Shown piece after piece: positions 7,185 through 17,700 of a stretch of 49,401 nt of DNA. The notes beneath the pieces were generated by a model. It saw nothing but the letters and a program-made list of their open reading frames with translations, was not told where the DNA came from and did not search any database. Made by a program: the position numbers and the translations under genes. Origin of the DNA: a virus (Duplodnaviria > Caudoviricetes); IMG/VR virus record IMGVR_UViG_3300033808_000008, positions 1-49,401 of that record; one strand, 5' to 3'. Within the stretch, counting starts at the first letter, position 1, and each line of letters starts with the position of its first letter.

Positions 7185-8704
7185 TTCATGTCTGCTGGTG
7201 AAACTGTAATGACTTTTTGCGGTTGCTGCTTACCCCCCCCCCCAAATGGTTCGCCAGGAACTTGGCCAGCGCCCATTTCCTCGTAAGTCTCAAACCATTT
7301 TCCGGCAGCATCCAGAGAGGATTTGATGTTGTTCGCGCTCGAACCAGCCTGATTGAAGTTCTGTTTGATGATGTCGTACATTCTCTGCCCACCGCGCGCC
7401 CCAAAGTGGGTACGCAAGGTGCCGCTGCTAAACAACGACAGATCGGTACGGAGAGATTGGAAGTCTGGGTCGTCGGCTCCGACTTTCCCAGTCAGGAAAT
7501 CTTCATAGCGACCGGCAATGACCCCCAATTTCCCCTTGGCTTCTAGATCGTCAATCTCCTTCTTGATGTCAGGGATATGAACCAGCATCGCGGAGGCCAT
7601 CTCCCCCATTGTGCGGGATGCAGTTGTGGGCATCATCTTCATCTCTTTTGCTGCTTGCACACGTAATAGAGCCGTTTCTCTGGCAGTCTGGGCCTTAAGT
7701 TTTGCCTCGAACTGCCGTTCCTGAATCATCTGCGCCTGCAATTTCGCCTTAGCCGCTTCAGACTCGGCTTGGGACTTCTCCTTGGCTTCGATGCGTTGGG
7801 TTTGCTGTCCAGCCTTGAACTGCTCTGACTCCTGTTGTGATTCCTTTTTTGCTGTAATTCCAGTCTGTTGCCGCTCACCCTTGCCCTCCTCGACAGTCTG
7901 GAGACGTGAACCCTTCCCCGCTTCCTTCATTGCAGTTTGGGCAATTTCTGCAGAAGTCTTGGGATTGATCAATCCCGCCTTTTGTGCAGCGATCTGCTGC
8001 TGGGCCTGTGGAGTGAACTGCTGCGTCTGCGGCAACTGCGACAGGATGTTTGCTGCCTGACCGCTAACGCCTGTCCGTTTGGTGATGGCTTGGATTGCCG
8101 CTGCCCGCTCGGGAGTTGGAGCATTCTTGTCGTCAATTCCGAAGCCCTTCGATAACATCTGTGCATGCTTCTTCCCCTGCGGACCATCGAATAGGTTCTT
8201 GAGCACGAGTTGGTTCTGGGCATGTGCCTGAATTGCAGAAGTGAGTTTTTGCTTGGCTGCCTGGATTGCCTGCTGGTCGCCAGACTGTACTGCCTGATTG
8301 AGTTCCTGAACGGCTGAGTCACGGTCTGTCACGGCCTGCTGACTGCCTTGCACTGCTTGTGTGAACAGGTCAAATACCTGCTGGTCTTGCTTGGCTTTCT
8401 TCTGCTGGTAATGCTCAGAAATCTTGCCAGCGACATTCTGGATTGTGGTAGCCAAGTTCTGCATGTCAGCGCGTTTACGTCCACCTGAACTGGAGAAGTC
8501 CCGCGCAGTCTGCAATGGCTGTTGCTGATACGGACGTGGTTGCTGTACTGACTGGTGCTGCAGGCTGGGCTGCATGGAGGTCATTCCAGTGAGGTTCTTC
8601 TGGCTCTGGATGTAGGCATTGAGAACATCCGTCCAGTTAGGCGCTCCGGTAGAACTGGGCACGCCCTGCACCCCACTTTGTTCAGAGATCGGTTCTTGTG
8701 CCAT
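7181..8704 (-). CDS. Internal virion / DNA ejection protein
   Basis: Gln/Ala-rich coiled coil; synteny with podovirus ejection genes. Confidence 0.6.
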   Translation of the reverse strand: MAQEPISEQSGVQGVPSSTGAPNWTDVLNAYIQSQKNLTGMTSMQPSLQHQSVQQPRPYQQQPLQTARDFSSSGGRKRADMQNLATTIQNVAGKISEHYQQKKAKQDQQVFDLFTQAVQGSQQAVTDRDSAVQELNQAVQSGDQQAIQAAKQKLTSAIQAHAQNQLVLKNLFDGPQGKKHAQMLSKGFGIDDKNAPTPERAAAIQAITKRTGVSGQAANILSQLPQTQQFTPQAQQQIAAQKAGLINPKTSAEIAQTAMKEAGKGSRLQTVEEGKGERQQTGITAKKESQQESEQFKAGQQTQRIEAKEKSQAESEAAKAKLQAQMIQERQFEAKLKAQTARETALLRVQAAKEMKMMPTTASRTMGEMASAMLVHIPDIKKEIDDLEAKGKLGVIAGRYEDFLTGKVGADDPDFQSLRTDLSLFSSGTLRTHFGARGGQRMYDIIKQNFNQAGSSANNIKSSLDAAGKWFETYEEMGAGQVPGEPFGGGGKQQPQKVITVSPADMK

Positions 8705-8711
8705 GACTCAC

Positions 8712-9461
8712 CTATATAGCCAGGGCTGCTAGAAAATCAACAATTCCGCCCATGGTTCCGCCGCCGGCTCCCACACCTGCCGCCTGCAGTCCTGATCCAA
8801 TAGCTCCCCCGGCAGAACTTGCCATGCTTCCGATAGAACCAAGACTGCTGAGCAACGTTGGAGCATTGGCCTTGTAATGCCCCGCCTGCGGCATCAGTTC
8901 CCCAAGAATGCTCGTTTCCCGATCCATTGAAGCATTCCACATATTGTAGAACTCCTGCGCCGTGATCGCATTCTCCTGTGTCACCGCATTGGAGAAGTAG
9001 TCACCTTGCGCGAGGGCCGCCGCCGATCCTCCGGGACTCAAGCCCTGCTGCCCGAGCTGAGTCTCCAAATTTCCGTACCCGGCATTGATCTGGTGCTGCA
9101 TGGCGGCAATCTCGGCATTGATTGCCTGCTCCGTCAAAGGAGCATTGAATCCTCCACCAGTCTGGAAGAACTGGTAAAGCAGCGAGCCTACGCCTTTTCC
9201 ATAAATCTTCCCTAGTTCGTTTCCGAAACTGGCTGCTTGTCCGGTGTATTGCGTCCCTCCTCCGGGAACTCCAAACAATCCTCCGTAAGAACCTTGTGGG
9301 TTCTGGCTGGGGGACTGGATCGGCTGGAACGTATTCACGCCCGAGGAAACAGGCGAGGACATGGTATTGCCAGCATTCCCCCAGTTGTAATTCCCCGTCC
9401 CGCCAGTCCCGGTCGGGTTGATCTGCGGGAACTGCGCTTGCTGCATTTGGGTTGCTGCCAT
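8712..9461 (-). CDS. Pilot/ejection protein
   Basis: Gly/Ala/Gln-rich with a glycine-zipper-like hydrophobic C-terminus. Confidence 0.55.
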   Translation of the reverse strand: MAATQMQQAQFPQINPTGTGGTGNYNWGNAGNTMSSPVSSGVNTFQPIQSPSQNPQGSYGGLFGVPGGGTQYTGQAASFGNELGKIYGKGVGSLLYQFFQTGGGFNAPLTEQAINAEIAAMQHQINAGYGNLETQLGQQGLSPGGSAAALAQGDYFSNAVTQENAITAQEFYNMWNASMDRETSILGELMPQAGHYKANAPTLLSSLGSIGSMASSAGGAIGSGLQAAGVGAGGGTMGGIVDFLAALAI

Positions 9462-9465
9462 AGCC

Positions 9466-10596
9466 TTACCTCGCGTATGTGTATGCCGCTGTCCGCAAAC
9501 TGATCTGTCTTTCGTTATGGCGCTCGTCGCGCTGCATCTGCGCGATACGCTCTGCCGTCGTCATCACTCCAGTCCCCTTGATCTTTTTTGCCAGCTCGTT
9601 GTCGAACATCGCAATGTACTCACTCGCGCCTTCCCACAATGCTAGACGAGAACAGGCGGCATATTCAAAGATTTCCTGCCAGGAGTCGGGAGCGAACACC
9701 TGCTGGGCCTGGATCGCTGCCGTGTTGCAGGTAGGAGCAGAACTGTAATTGTTCCCTCCGCTTGACAGGTTCACGCTGGTAATGATGCCAGACGTATTCG
9801 TGTTCGCCGTCGCGCTGGCAACTGCTCCCGAGGGTGACGGGGAAAACACAAGCGGAACATTGCCGGCACTCACCGGGTATCCAGTTCCCCCTTGTACCAC
9901 GGTTATGCCAGTCACTGCTCCGCCTGCAATTGTAGGGGTCAACACTGCGGGAACGAATGTTGCGGTTCCTCCCACCGGGAATGGGTGCCGTAGTTTGACC
10001 CTCACAAAGTAGTTGTAAGACTGGTCGGGAACCGGGCCGACCTGCAGAATGTTCCCAAACCGGCTGTAATACACTGGCGGGGCAACCCCGACCGCTCCCT
10101 GCGTCATCGAAGTCACGCCATAGCTTTCGTTGTCTACGGTCGTGATGCGCCGATATTTCAGGGTGCGGCCAGCTTGGTTGACTCCCCCGGAGAACCACAT
10201 CCAGAAGGTGTAAATATCCGTGACATCGACAAAGTTCTGGTTCTGGTACTGTGGGTAATTGGCGTTTCCTGCGATGCTTCCCAAGAGGATTCCGATGGGC
10301 ACAATGGGGTTCGACTGCGAAAGGTTCAAGGTCTGCGCCGGCGGCACTGGAGTCTGATACTTCAACTCCTCGAACTCGTAGGTCTCGGTCAGTTCCTTGA
10401 TGGCCTCCATGACTGCAATGACGGCTAAGGAATTGTCAGCGAGGTTCTGATTGGTGTAATTGGCGGTTCCGGGAACCATGAACCCGAAGTTCTGCCGGTT
10501 GCCGAACTTGAATGGCAAATTCTGTACGCAGTTGCCAATCGTGTACGACGATCCGATGGACTGAACGAAGGGCGTTGATGGAGGCAGGACAGGCAT
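9466..10596 (-). CDS. Head-tail adaptor (tail tubular A-like) with inserted beta-repeat module
   Basis: Motifs PPVYY..ILQVGPVPDQSY and PDSWQEIFEYAA; insert GAVTGITVVQGGTGY...SGGNNYSSAPT. Confidence 0.65.
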   Translation of the reverse strand: MPVLPPSTPFVQSIGSSYTIGNCVQNLPFKFGNRQNFGFMVPGTANYTNQNLADNSLAVIAVMEAIKELTETYEFEELKYQTPVPPAQTLNLSQSNPIVPIGILLGSIAGNANYPQYQNQNFVDVTDIYTFWMWFSGGVNQAGRTLKYRRITTVDNESYGVTSMTQGAVGVAPPVYYSRFGNILQVGPVPDQSYNYFVRVKLRHPFPVGGTATFVPAVLTPTIAGGAVTGITVVQGGTGYPVSAGNVPLVFSPSPSGAVASATANTNTSGIITSVNLSSGGNNYSSAPTCNTAAIQAQQVFAPDSWQEIFEYAACSRLALWEGASEYIAMFDNELAKKIKGTGVMTTAERIAQMQRDERHNERQISLRTAAYTYAR

Positions 10597-11685
10597 CTAA
10601 AGTTGCTCCAATACGATCATGACGCCATAGGTCATCGTGGATGCCGGGTTGCTGGCGTAGCCCGTGGTGCTGTAGGTGATGTTGGACGAAGAGTTTGAGT
10701 GAATGATGATCGTTCCCTGCTGATATGTTCCCGCCGTATTCCCGCTGTTCGTTGTCGTGACCGTATTTGAGAGTGTGGGTGTGCCAAGCGGATAATTGTC
10801 CGTCCAACCGATGACGCAGGATGGCAGCGTGCTTGAAGTGCCTGCCGCTTGTTGCACGACGATATAACACGATACCCGATACGGACCCGGCAATACGGTT
10901 GCCGATGCTGGCGTAGTATAAAGCGTGGTCGAAGTGATGTTCGCCGTGTTTCCCAACGGCTGAATGTAGGCCCTGACAATCGAAGTGCCTGTGCTGCCAG
11001 CAGTATTCACGCCATGCACTGACGGGAACTCAGGGGTCGCCAAGGCCCCACTATTTAAGGTCGCTTGGGTGAAATTCGCTGTACTCGCCGTGGTGCCGCC
11101 GATTGCGCCCGGTGCGGCCCAAGTATTACCCAAAAGCAGGGAGGCATTCAGATTCGGTATGACTGTAGTAGAAGCGATGGCGAGCGGTGCCGTGCCAGTT
11201 GTAACCGTGGACACAATTGGCTGGCTGAAGGTTTGTGTGGCAGTCCACGTATTCGGAGTTCCGGTCTGGGCCCCGCAGTTAGATAGAGTCACCGGAACGC
11301 ATATCCCATTGACAAAAAAGGTCTTGGTCTGTACCCCGGAGCCTGAAATCTGGTAGATCAGAGGCCCAGGGGGTGCCCAGAAACCGAAATTACCCGAGGA
11401 ATCAGCCGTGGCGGTACAGGTATTAGTGCCAGCCAATACGACTTGGGTACTCAAAGCACAGGGAGTGCTGCCCGTGTAATCGGTGAAAGTCTGAATCTGT
11501 GGAGTACATGGAATCGCCGGAGAAACTGTGTACTGGCAGACGCGAATCTGCGCTCCCGGCACGATCTGTACGATATTGGGCAAGCCGCCAATTGTGGCGT
11601 AGGTCAATACAGGTGTGGGATCGTATCGAGACTCTTGGCCTAACGCCACGCCACACAATAAGATGAAAAACGTGATGTATCTCAT
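10597..11685 (-). CDS. Fibre-like protein with signal peptide
   Basis: ATGA-coupled start; MRYITFFILLCGVALG|Q; motifs TADSSGNFGFW, NTWTATQTF and STTVIPNLNASLL. Confidence 0.7.
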   Translation of the reverse strand: MRYITFFILLCGVALGQESRYDPTPVLTYATIGGLPNIVQIVPGAQIRVCQYTVSPAIPCTPQIQTFTDYTGSTPCALSTQVVLAGTNTCTATADSSGNFGFWAPPGPLIYQISGSGVQTKTFFVNGICVPVTLSNCGAQTGTPNTWTATQTFSQPIVSTVTTGTAPLAIASTTVIPNLNASLLLGNTWAAPGAIGGTTASTANFTQATLNSGALATPEFPSVHGVNTAGSTGTSIVRAYIQPLGNTANITSTTLYTTPASATVLPGPYRVSCYIVVQQAAGTSSTLPSCVIGWTDNYPLGTPTLSNTVTTTNSGNTAGTYQQGTIIIHSNSSSNITYSTTGYASNPASTMTYGVMIVLEQL

Positions 11686-12044
11686 AGCATGAATATCCTG
11701 AGCACCGCACTCGCTGTATCGCATTTCAGGTAGATATTGGCCGCCGTCCATGCCGTCCCGGTATTGGGTAATTGGTAGACCCTGCACGCCCGGTCAGCGA
11801 TTACCCAGTAGAAGCTCGGCACGAACCCAAGAGTATGCGGCACGGCAAATTCCGTGTTGGCGCTCCCTGGTGCCGTCACGTTGGCCCACTGCCCGTTTAA
11901 ATTGCCCGTGTATTGCGCTGGGTTGGTCTGAGTTGAGTTCCCGAGGTCAAGACCACCATTCACCCCTCCAAACAGATTAAAGACGCGTAATCGCGTTGTA
12001 AACGCATCCTCGATGGGAAGCTGTTGGGTCGGGGTAATCCTCAT
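11682..12044 (-). CDS. Small tail protein
   Basis: TGATG coupling; VPHTLGFVP resembles the HxLGxxP motif of fibre/needle proteins. Confidence 0.6.
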   Translation of the reverse strand: MRITPTQQLPIEDAFTTRLRVFNLFGGVNGGLDLGNSTQTNPAQYTGNLNGQWANVTAPGSANTEFAVPHTLGFVPSFYWVIADRACRVYQLPNTGTAWTAANIYLKCDTASAVLRIFML

Positions 12045-14407
12045 CAGTTCTGCGTCCCTTTCGTATCGACTCCCACCAATGAGATTGTGGAAATCCTGAA
12101 CATGGGCATATTCTGCCACGGAACTGCCGGGTCAACGACAGGATTAATTGTTGCCTGCACCATCTCCTCGCTCAAGGTTGAGTCTCCATACCAAGTCTGC
12201 ATGTGCAACGCGCCGTTCGTCGGAGCCGTCGGAATATTCACATTGGGAGACGAAGAAGTGTTCTGCGTCCCGGCAAAGACGATCTGGGCCTTCTGCTGCG
12301 GGTAGGCAGGCGGGGATGCTCCGCTCGGGAGGTTCGGGTTGTCAGACTGGATTCTTAGCCTGCGTCCTGTGACCCTGTGGCCCAGCGATACAATCTCTGC
12401 ACGAGTCTTGATAGTCGTCGCAGGCAAGGCTTGAGGCACAAACAGGCTGGAAGTAAAGAATGTCTGGGTCGGGTCTGAATCAGGGCCATAATCCAGCGGA
12501 ACAAACATCATCACCGGCTGGTTGGTCGCGCTCCCCTGCGGAATCGTCCCCACCAGGAATATCAGTGGGCTTATCAGGTTCGTCGTGCCGCCGGTCAGAA
12601 GCACCTGAATCACTGGGCGCATGGCGAGAATTGGGCAGGAGAATAGCGCCACACTCTGGGCATTTGGGGTAGTCGCAATGTAATACTGGCTCAAATCCCA
12701 GATGTGCCATGACTGCTCCGCGACGTTGAAATCGTACACAAAACACAACGGGGAAGTGTTCGTACTGCCCGTTCGCAATGGGCAGGAAAACGTCAGCAGG
12801 TAATGCAGTTGCCCCTGAATGCTTACCAGGGAAGCGTAATGCCAGTAGCCCACATAGCCATTGGTTGAACCATTGGCAGGAGTCGGGAACCCGGCAGCAT
12901 TCCTCTGATCGTTGTTGATTCTCGGCATGATCTTCTGGCCGATGGGCTGAATTCCGCCAGAGATGGACAACGAATACACGTTGTCGCTCGACAGGAACAA
13001 CACCTGCATTCCCCACTGGACCATGGTGTTTGGTCTCGCCCCCACACCCTGAATTGATGACCAGAGATGGTAAAAGGTGAATGGAGCCGTCCCGCTTAAT
13101 CCAGGGTCCATCTGGGAAATACCGTTGGTTCTGCCAATGATTCCGCTACGCCCAATGGCGCACAATCCCGTGATCTGGTCAGGAACGTCCGCTAAAGGCT
13201 GAAACCCTCCCACATTGCCGCTAAGCGCATTGAAATTGGCAGGGTTCCACGGATCGGTAGAACCTGATCCCACATACGCCCCGACTCCCGACCACGCTAT
13301 CGTCGGAGACACCTGCGTACCTGTCCCTCCTCCGGTCGGAAACTGGCATTGTCCGATGACCAGCCTCCCGCCAAGCTCAATCATGTAGGCCCCGGAGACA
13401 TAGCTGGTAGCTTGACCAAAAGCTGGGACTGGCGGGATTCCGGGGCCAATGGTGGCCGTAGCTGTGGCATTGGACCCATCTCCCGTAATGGTCACGGTTG
13501 GAGCCGATGTATAGCCATTCCCTGGATTAGTCAGAACTAGACCAACCACAGCCCCAGAAGCGCTGATATAGGCTTGCGCTGTGGCGGCAAATCCATCTCC
13601 CGTAATGGTCACAGAAGGCGGAGAGGTATAGCCTGAACCTCCTGAAGTCACATGGTAGCCAATAATCTTGAACGTGGTTTGGTCAGGGATTCCGTCTGGA
13701 GCAAACTGCGGAGTGGCTGCTGCTCCTGAACCTCCACCTCCAGAAAAGTTGACCGTCGCGTGGGTATAGCCAAATCCATAATGCACCGGGAGAACACTGG
13801 ACACAACGCCCGACGTTCCTATGGTCGCGCTGGCCGCAGCCCCAGAACCTCCGCCCAAGGTAAATCCTACCGAGGCATGGCTATACCCACTTCCTGGATT
13901 GGTAAGCGTCAATCCCGTAACCACCTGCCCGAAGTAGATGTAATAGACTCCGGCCAGCATCAAACCTGTAAAAAACACTTGGTTGTTGATTTCAACAAAC
14001 GTCACAGCGTTGTTGGGCAGCATGTACTGCGGGATGAGATCAGTTGGCTGCCAGACGTACAGGGAATTGATCGTAATAGGTTTTGAGGTCACATTCCCCT
14101 GTGTAGGCAACTGCCCCGACGTATAAACTCCAAGGTTTGTGACAATGACCGCAATGGTTCCATTCTGGCCTGATGTCGCTTGATAGGTGTAGGGGAAAAA
14201 CCCAATCGGGTACTCGCCAGCCTGAAAGACATACGCGAAGGGATGATTTGCCAGCCACGGCGCAGAAGTCAGATAGCCATTGACCTGCGATGTGTTCATT
14301 GTGCCCGGAGCAAGCGAGTTCGGATCAAGCAGGTTGGCAGGCTTAGAGTAGTCAACACCTGCCCACGGATTCCCGTAGATAACCTCGAACTCGCCTTTGG
14401 CGGGCAA
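12044..14407 (-). CDS. Tail hub / DNA stabilisation protein (P22 gp10 / tubular B-like) with inserted repeats
   Basis: Beta-propeller-like motifs (IELGGRLVIG, IAWSG, DQITGL, VLFLSSDNVY); tandem NPGSGY..P.V.I.G.G..A.A repeats; TTG start. Confidence 0.7.
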   Translation of the reverse strand: MPAKGEFEVIYGNPWAGVDYSKPANLLDPNSLAPGTMNTSQVNGYLTSAPWLANHPFAYVFQAGEYPIGFFPYTYQATSGQNGTIAVIVTNLGVYTSGQLPTQGNVTSKPITINSLYVWQPTDLIPQYMLPNNAVTFVEINNQVFFTGLMLAGVYYIYFGQVVTGLTLTNPGSGYSHASVGFTLGGGSGAAASATIGTSGVVSSVLPVHYGFGYTHATVNFSGGGGSGAAATPQFAPDGIPDQTTFKIIGYHVTSGGSGYTSPPSVTITGDGFAATAQAYISASGAVVGLVLTNPGNGYTSAPTVTITGDGSNATATATIGPGIPPVPAFGQATSYVSGAYMIELGGRLVIGQCQFPTGGGTGTQVSPTIAWSGVGAYVGSGSTDPWNPANFNALSGNVGGFQPLADVPDQITGLCAIGRSGIIGRTNGISQMDPGLSGTAPFTFYHLWSSIQGVGARPNTMVQWGMQVLFLSSDNVYSLSISGGIQPIGQKIMPRINNDQRNAAGFPTPANGSTNGYVGYWHYASLVSIQGQLHYLLTFSCPLRTGSTNTSPLCFVYDFNVAEQSWHIWDLSQYYIATTPNAQSVALFSCPILAMRPVIQVLLTGGTTNLISPLIFLVGTIPQGSATNQPVMMFVPLDYGPDSDPTQTFFTSSLFVPQALPATTIKTRAEIVSLGHRVTGRRLRIQSDNPNLPSGASPPAYPQQKAQIVFAGTQNTSSSPNVNIPTAPTNGALHMQTWYGDSTLSEEMVQATINPVVDPAVPWQNMPMFRISTISLVGVDTKGTQN

Positions 14408-14773
14408 TCAGTGGCATCCTGAAAGAGAAGTCGTTGCCCCATTCGAGGCAACTGTGGCGGTCGCATTGCACGTAAAGGTAGCTGGCAACTGCGTGGCTGC
14501 CAGCGTCCCCGCAACTTGGCTGAACGATACTGATGCCACCCCCGTCTGCACGGCACTGAAAGCTCCGCCATTGACCGCGTAATAGAGTCCGCTGGGAGTC
14601 ATACAGAGACTTGCGCCTGTAGTCACGCCGCTAGGCCATGCACAGGATACAGGCGTTACCGCCTGCGAGAACGTGATGTTGGCTGTCGAGCCGTTTATAT
14701 AAGTAGTCTGAGCATTCACGCCCACGAAGAATGCTAGAACTAAAGCCATAATCACCCACATGGTTTTCATCAT
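14408..14773 (-). CDS. Small exported protein in the tail module
   Basis: MKTMWVIMALVLAFFVGVNA|Q; four Cys. Confidence 0.7.
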   Translation of the reverse strand: MMKTMWVIMALVLAFFVGVNAQTTYINGSTANITFSQAVTPVSCAWPSGVTTGASLCMTPSGLYYAVNGGAFSAVQTGVASVSFSQVAGTLAATQLPATFTCNATATVASNGATTSLSGCH

Positions 14774-14780
14774 CCATCTC

Positions 14781-17700
14781 CTAGTTAATGGTTAGTGATA
14801 AATTCTGTGTACTCGTCTGCCTTGCTCCGTCATAAACAATGACCGTGAACGAGGACGTTCCAGAAGCTGTCGGCGTTCCGCTCAGCAGACCATAACGGCT
14901 AAGCGCCAGTCCCGCGGGCAGCGTCCCGGTCTGCACAAACCAGTTCTGGAAGTCCGATGCCCCGCCCGATGCCAGCAAAGTTTGGGAATAGGCCGTCCCG
15001 TTGGTTCCATTCGGTAGCGTGGTGGTGGTAATGGAGATCGGCGTATAGGTCACCGACTGCGCCACGCCAGCTGTAGCTGCCTGCTCAAGCGAGATATTTG
15101 CGCCGATGTCCAAGCCATCCGTCCCCTGCAATTTGTATGGGCTGCCAGGTGCTAGGTGATAATCGCCCAGATAGCCATTGTTCCAGTTCACAAACAGCGA
15201 ATTGAATGCCGCCCCATTCGGGAAGCAAGTTGCCTGTGCCGTGCCGCAGCCACCCCCGGCAGGCGTGTCTCCAGGATCGGCGTTGGTCGCGGCATAAGGC
15301 TTATTCACGACCTGGTTCGTGTACTGCCCGATGCCAAAAATGTTCTTTGCCTGCACCCATGTGCAGTTCAATCCGTCATGGTTCGGGCAGCCTTCCTGAT
15401 TCAGTCCCGCCAGCGCCCCGCCCGGAAAGAGTGTGCCCGATTTATAAGTCGCCATCCATGCTGCCCAGTCAATATTGTTGGTATAGATCATGTTGGCAAA
15501 GTAAGCGCCGGGCGTAATGGTCGGGGGATTGTTGGTCAGGTCAAGCACTTGCATGCTAGAAAGGCTGTTGGCTCCCGCAGAAGTGTGAATGCAGGTGTTG
15601 TGGTTTACTGTCCACGCGCTCATGATGTAGACGTATTGCCCGTTCTCTACATAGAAGCAGTCGGAAGCCGACCCTGGCGTGCCGCCGCCATTGTCGAAAC
15701 GGTTGTCCATACCCTGAAACAGATTGTCGTGCACGGAGACATTGTTCATCCCATTCGACTCGTCGTGGCAGTAGGTGGTGCGGGCCGTGGCGATGGTGGC
15801 TCCGCCGCGCGTGTTGCGGGTTTCGTTGTATCGGATGGTGATGTCGTCGTCATGGCAGGTAGGGCAGAGTCCGGGATGGCAGGCTACGGCAAAGTTCACT
15901 GCCCCATTGGGAGGGCTGCCAGAGACGGTCACAAAGGTATCGCTTGGGTCAACGCTCACAATCGGGTAGGAAACTCCGTTGTCGCTGCGGCTGGCATCGT
16001 CAATCCCTAAATTGTAACCGGCCATGTCCGAGGTAAACGGTGTTCCCGAGCTGGCCGTGTAGACTCCGCCGGCAAAGGAACCCGTAACGTGAATCGAGTT
16101 CCCTTGATTCTTCGGGGTCATGAGGATGGTGAACCCGGTCTGGTCAGTCTGGAATCCCGCCCAGTTGTTCTCGAACATGTTGCCTTCGTAAAGGATGCGG
16201 CAGCCATTTTTCATCTCGCCCAAGTTTTTGATGATGGGATGAGTGCCGGAGCCGTTGTTTGCCAGCATCCAGGAAAGCGGTTTAAACGAGTGATTGCGGC
16301 GAAACTCGAAATCGCACGGCGTGGCGGTAGCCCCCGAACCGCCAAACAGCCAAGTCTCTCCCGAGGAAGCAATCAGGTTGTTGAATGCCTTGTAGGGGCC
16401 TCCTCCGCCGGTTCCGACGCCCGCATTCGTCCCCCCGCCAATGCCTTGAGAATCGACGCATACCGAGATGCAGTAAGTGTCGTAAAGCCACGAAGAAACC
16501 ACGGCCATGTAGGTGGAATTAGCCCAGCCGATGGCTCCTTGCGCGAAGGTCGTGGTATCGCAGGTATAGACCCCGGCTGTTTGCGAGCAATTTACCGGCG
16601 GCGCGTGCAACAAGCTGCGGTCGATGATGACGTGATCGCAGCCATTAGAGAAGCTGAACAATTTGGCGTTGATTCCCGCGCCCGTCGTGCTGGTGATGTT
16701 CAGCCCAATCAGTCGGTAAAAGTTGCATCCAGCCGCGCCGGTGAAAACCGGAGTGTTGGCGGTGGAAGTCTGGATGGTGGGCATTAACACTGCCGGAGAC
16801 GGACAGGAATAAGCCGGATAGGAAGCCGTGGTCGCATTTCCGATAGAGCAAGGTGTGGCCCGAACTGCTTCTGCCGGGAAGTTGGCGTTGTTGATCTGGT
16901 CGGTGCGGATGGTGATCCAATGGCTGATGTCGCAGCCCAAAGCTGGGAGAGTGAATGTCCCAGTGATGGTAGAAGTTGCCGGAATGATGATGGTCTGTCC
17001 GCAGGTCACCGAGGATAGAGCGGAAGTCAGCGCGGAAGCCGTGGAAGCGGTAATGGGCGAGCCGGGACTGGGCGAGCCAGACATCGCAGTGTAGATACAG
17101 GCTTGGGGAAGGGTCGCAGGGCCATCCGTAGCGCCGAATAAAGGTATGTCCCCAGGTGCACAGTAAAGATTTTCCGACAAGAATGTATTGCTAGTACCGC
17201 CTGCCGCGATGATGCTGGTTCCTCCGAAGAACTGTACCGGGCCAAGAATGTTCGGCCCATTCTGTTGTGGTCTAGGAGGAGCCGGATTAGGATTTGGCAG
17301 CCCTGCCGCAGTCAATGGATAGGGGTAGGTGAACGGGGTATAACTATAATTTACAGAGCATCCTGCCGTGACATCTGCGGCTGATTCACAACGTGGCATG
17401 GTGCTAGGCTGGTTGGTGTTGACTATAAATTCCACCCCTGAGCGGATACATCCATCTCCTCCAGGGTGCATGTTGGCATCTACCGCCCACAGTTGAAATG
17501 GAGTAGAAGCCCCGAACGGCCCGCTGGTAATGCCGCTGCCTACGTGGTAGGGATAGGGGTCTGGAGGAGAGCAAGTTCCACCAAAGTTATCTCCAATATC
17601 CTCTTGGAATTGAATCGACCCAGCCCCACCATTCGCTCCATTTTCGACGTTTCCGAACATCACTCCCGAACCACCGCGTATGGTAAAAAAGCAACACTGG

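Noticed and set aside
5589-8704. Frameshift fusion of the two ejection proteins at the G11 tract
   Set aside because: Both shifted frames hit stops before or without joining the downstream ORF.
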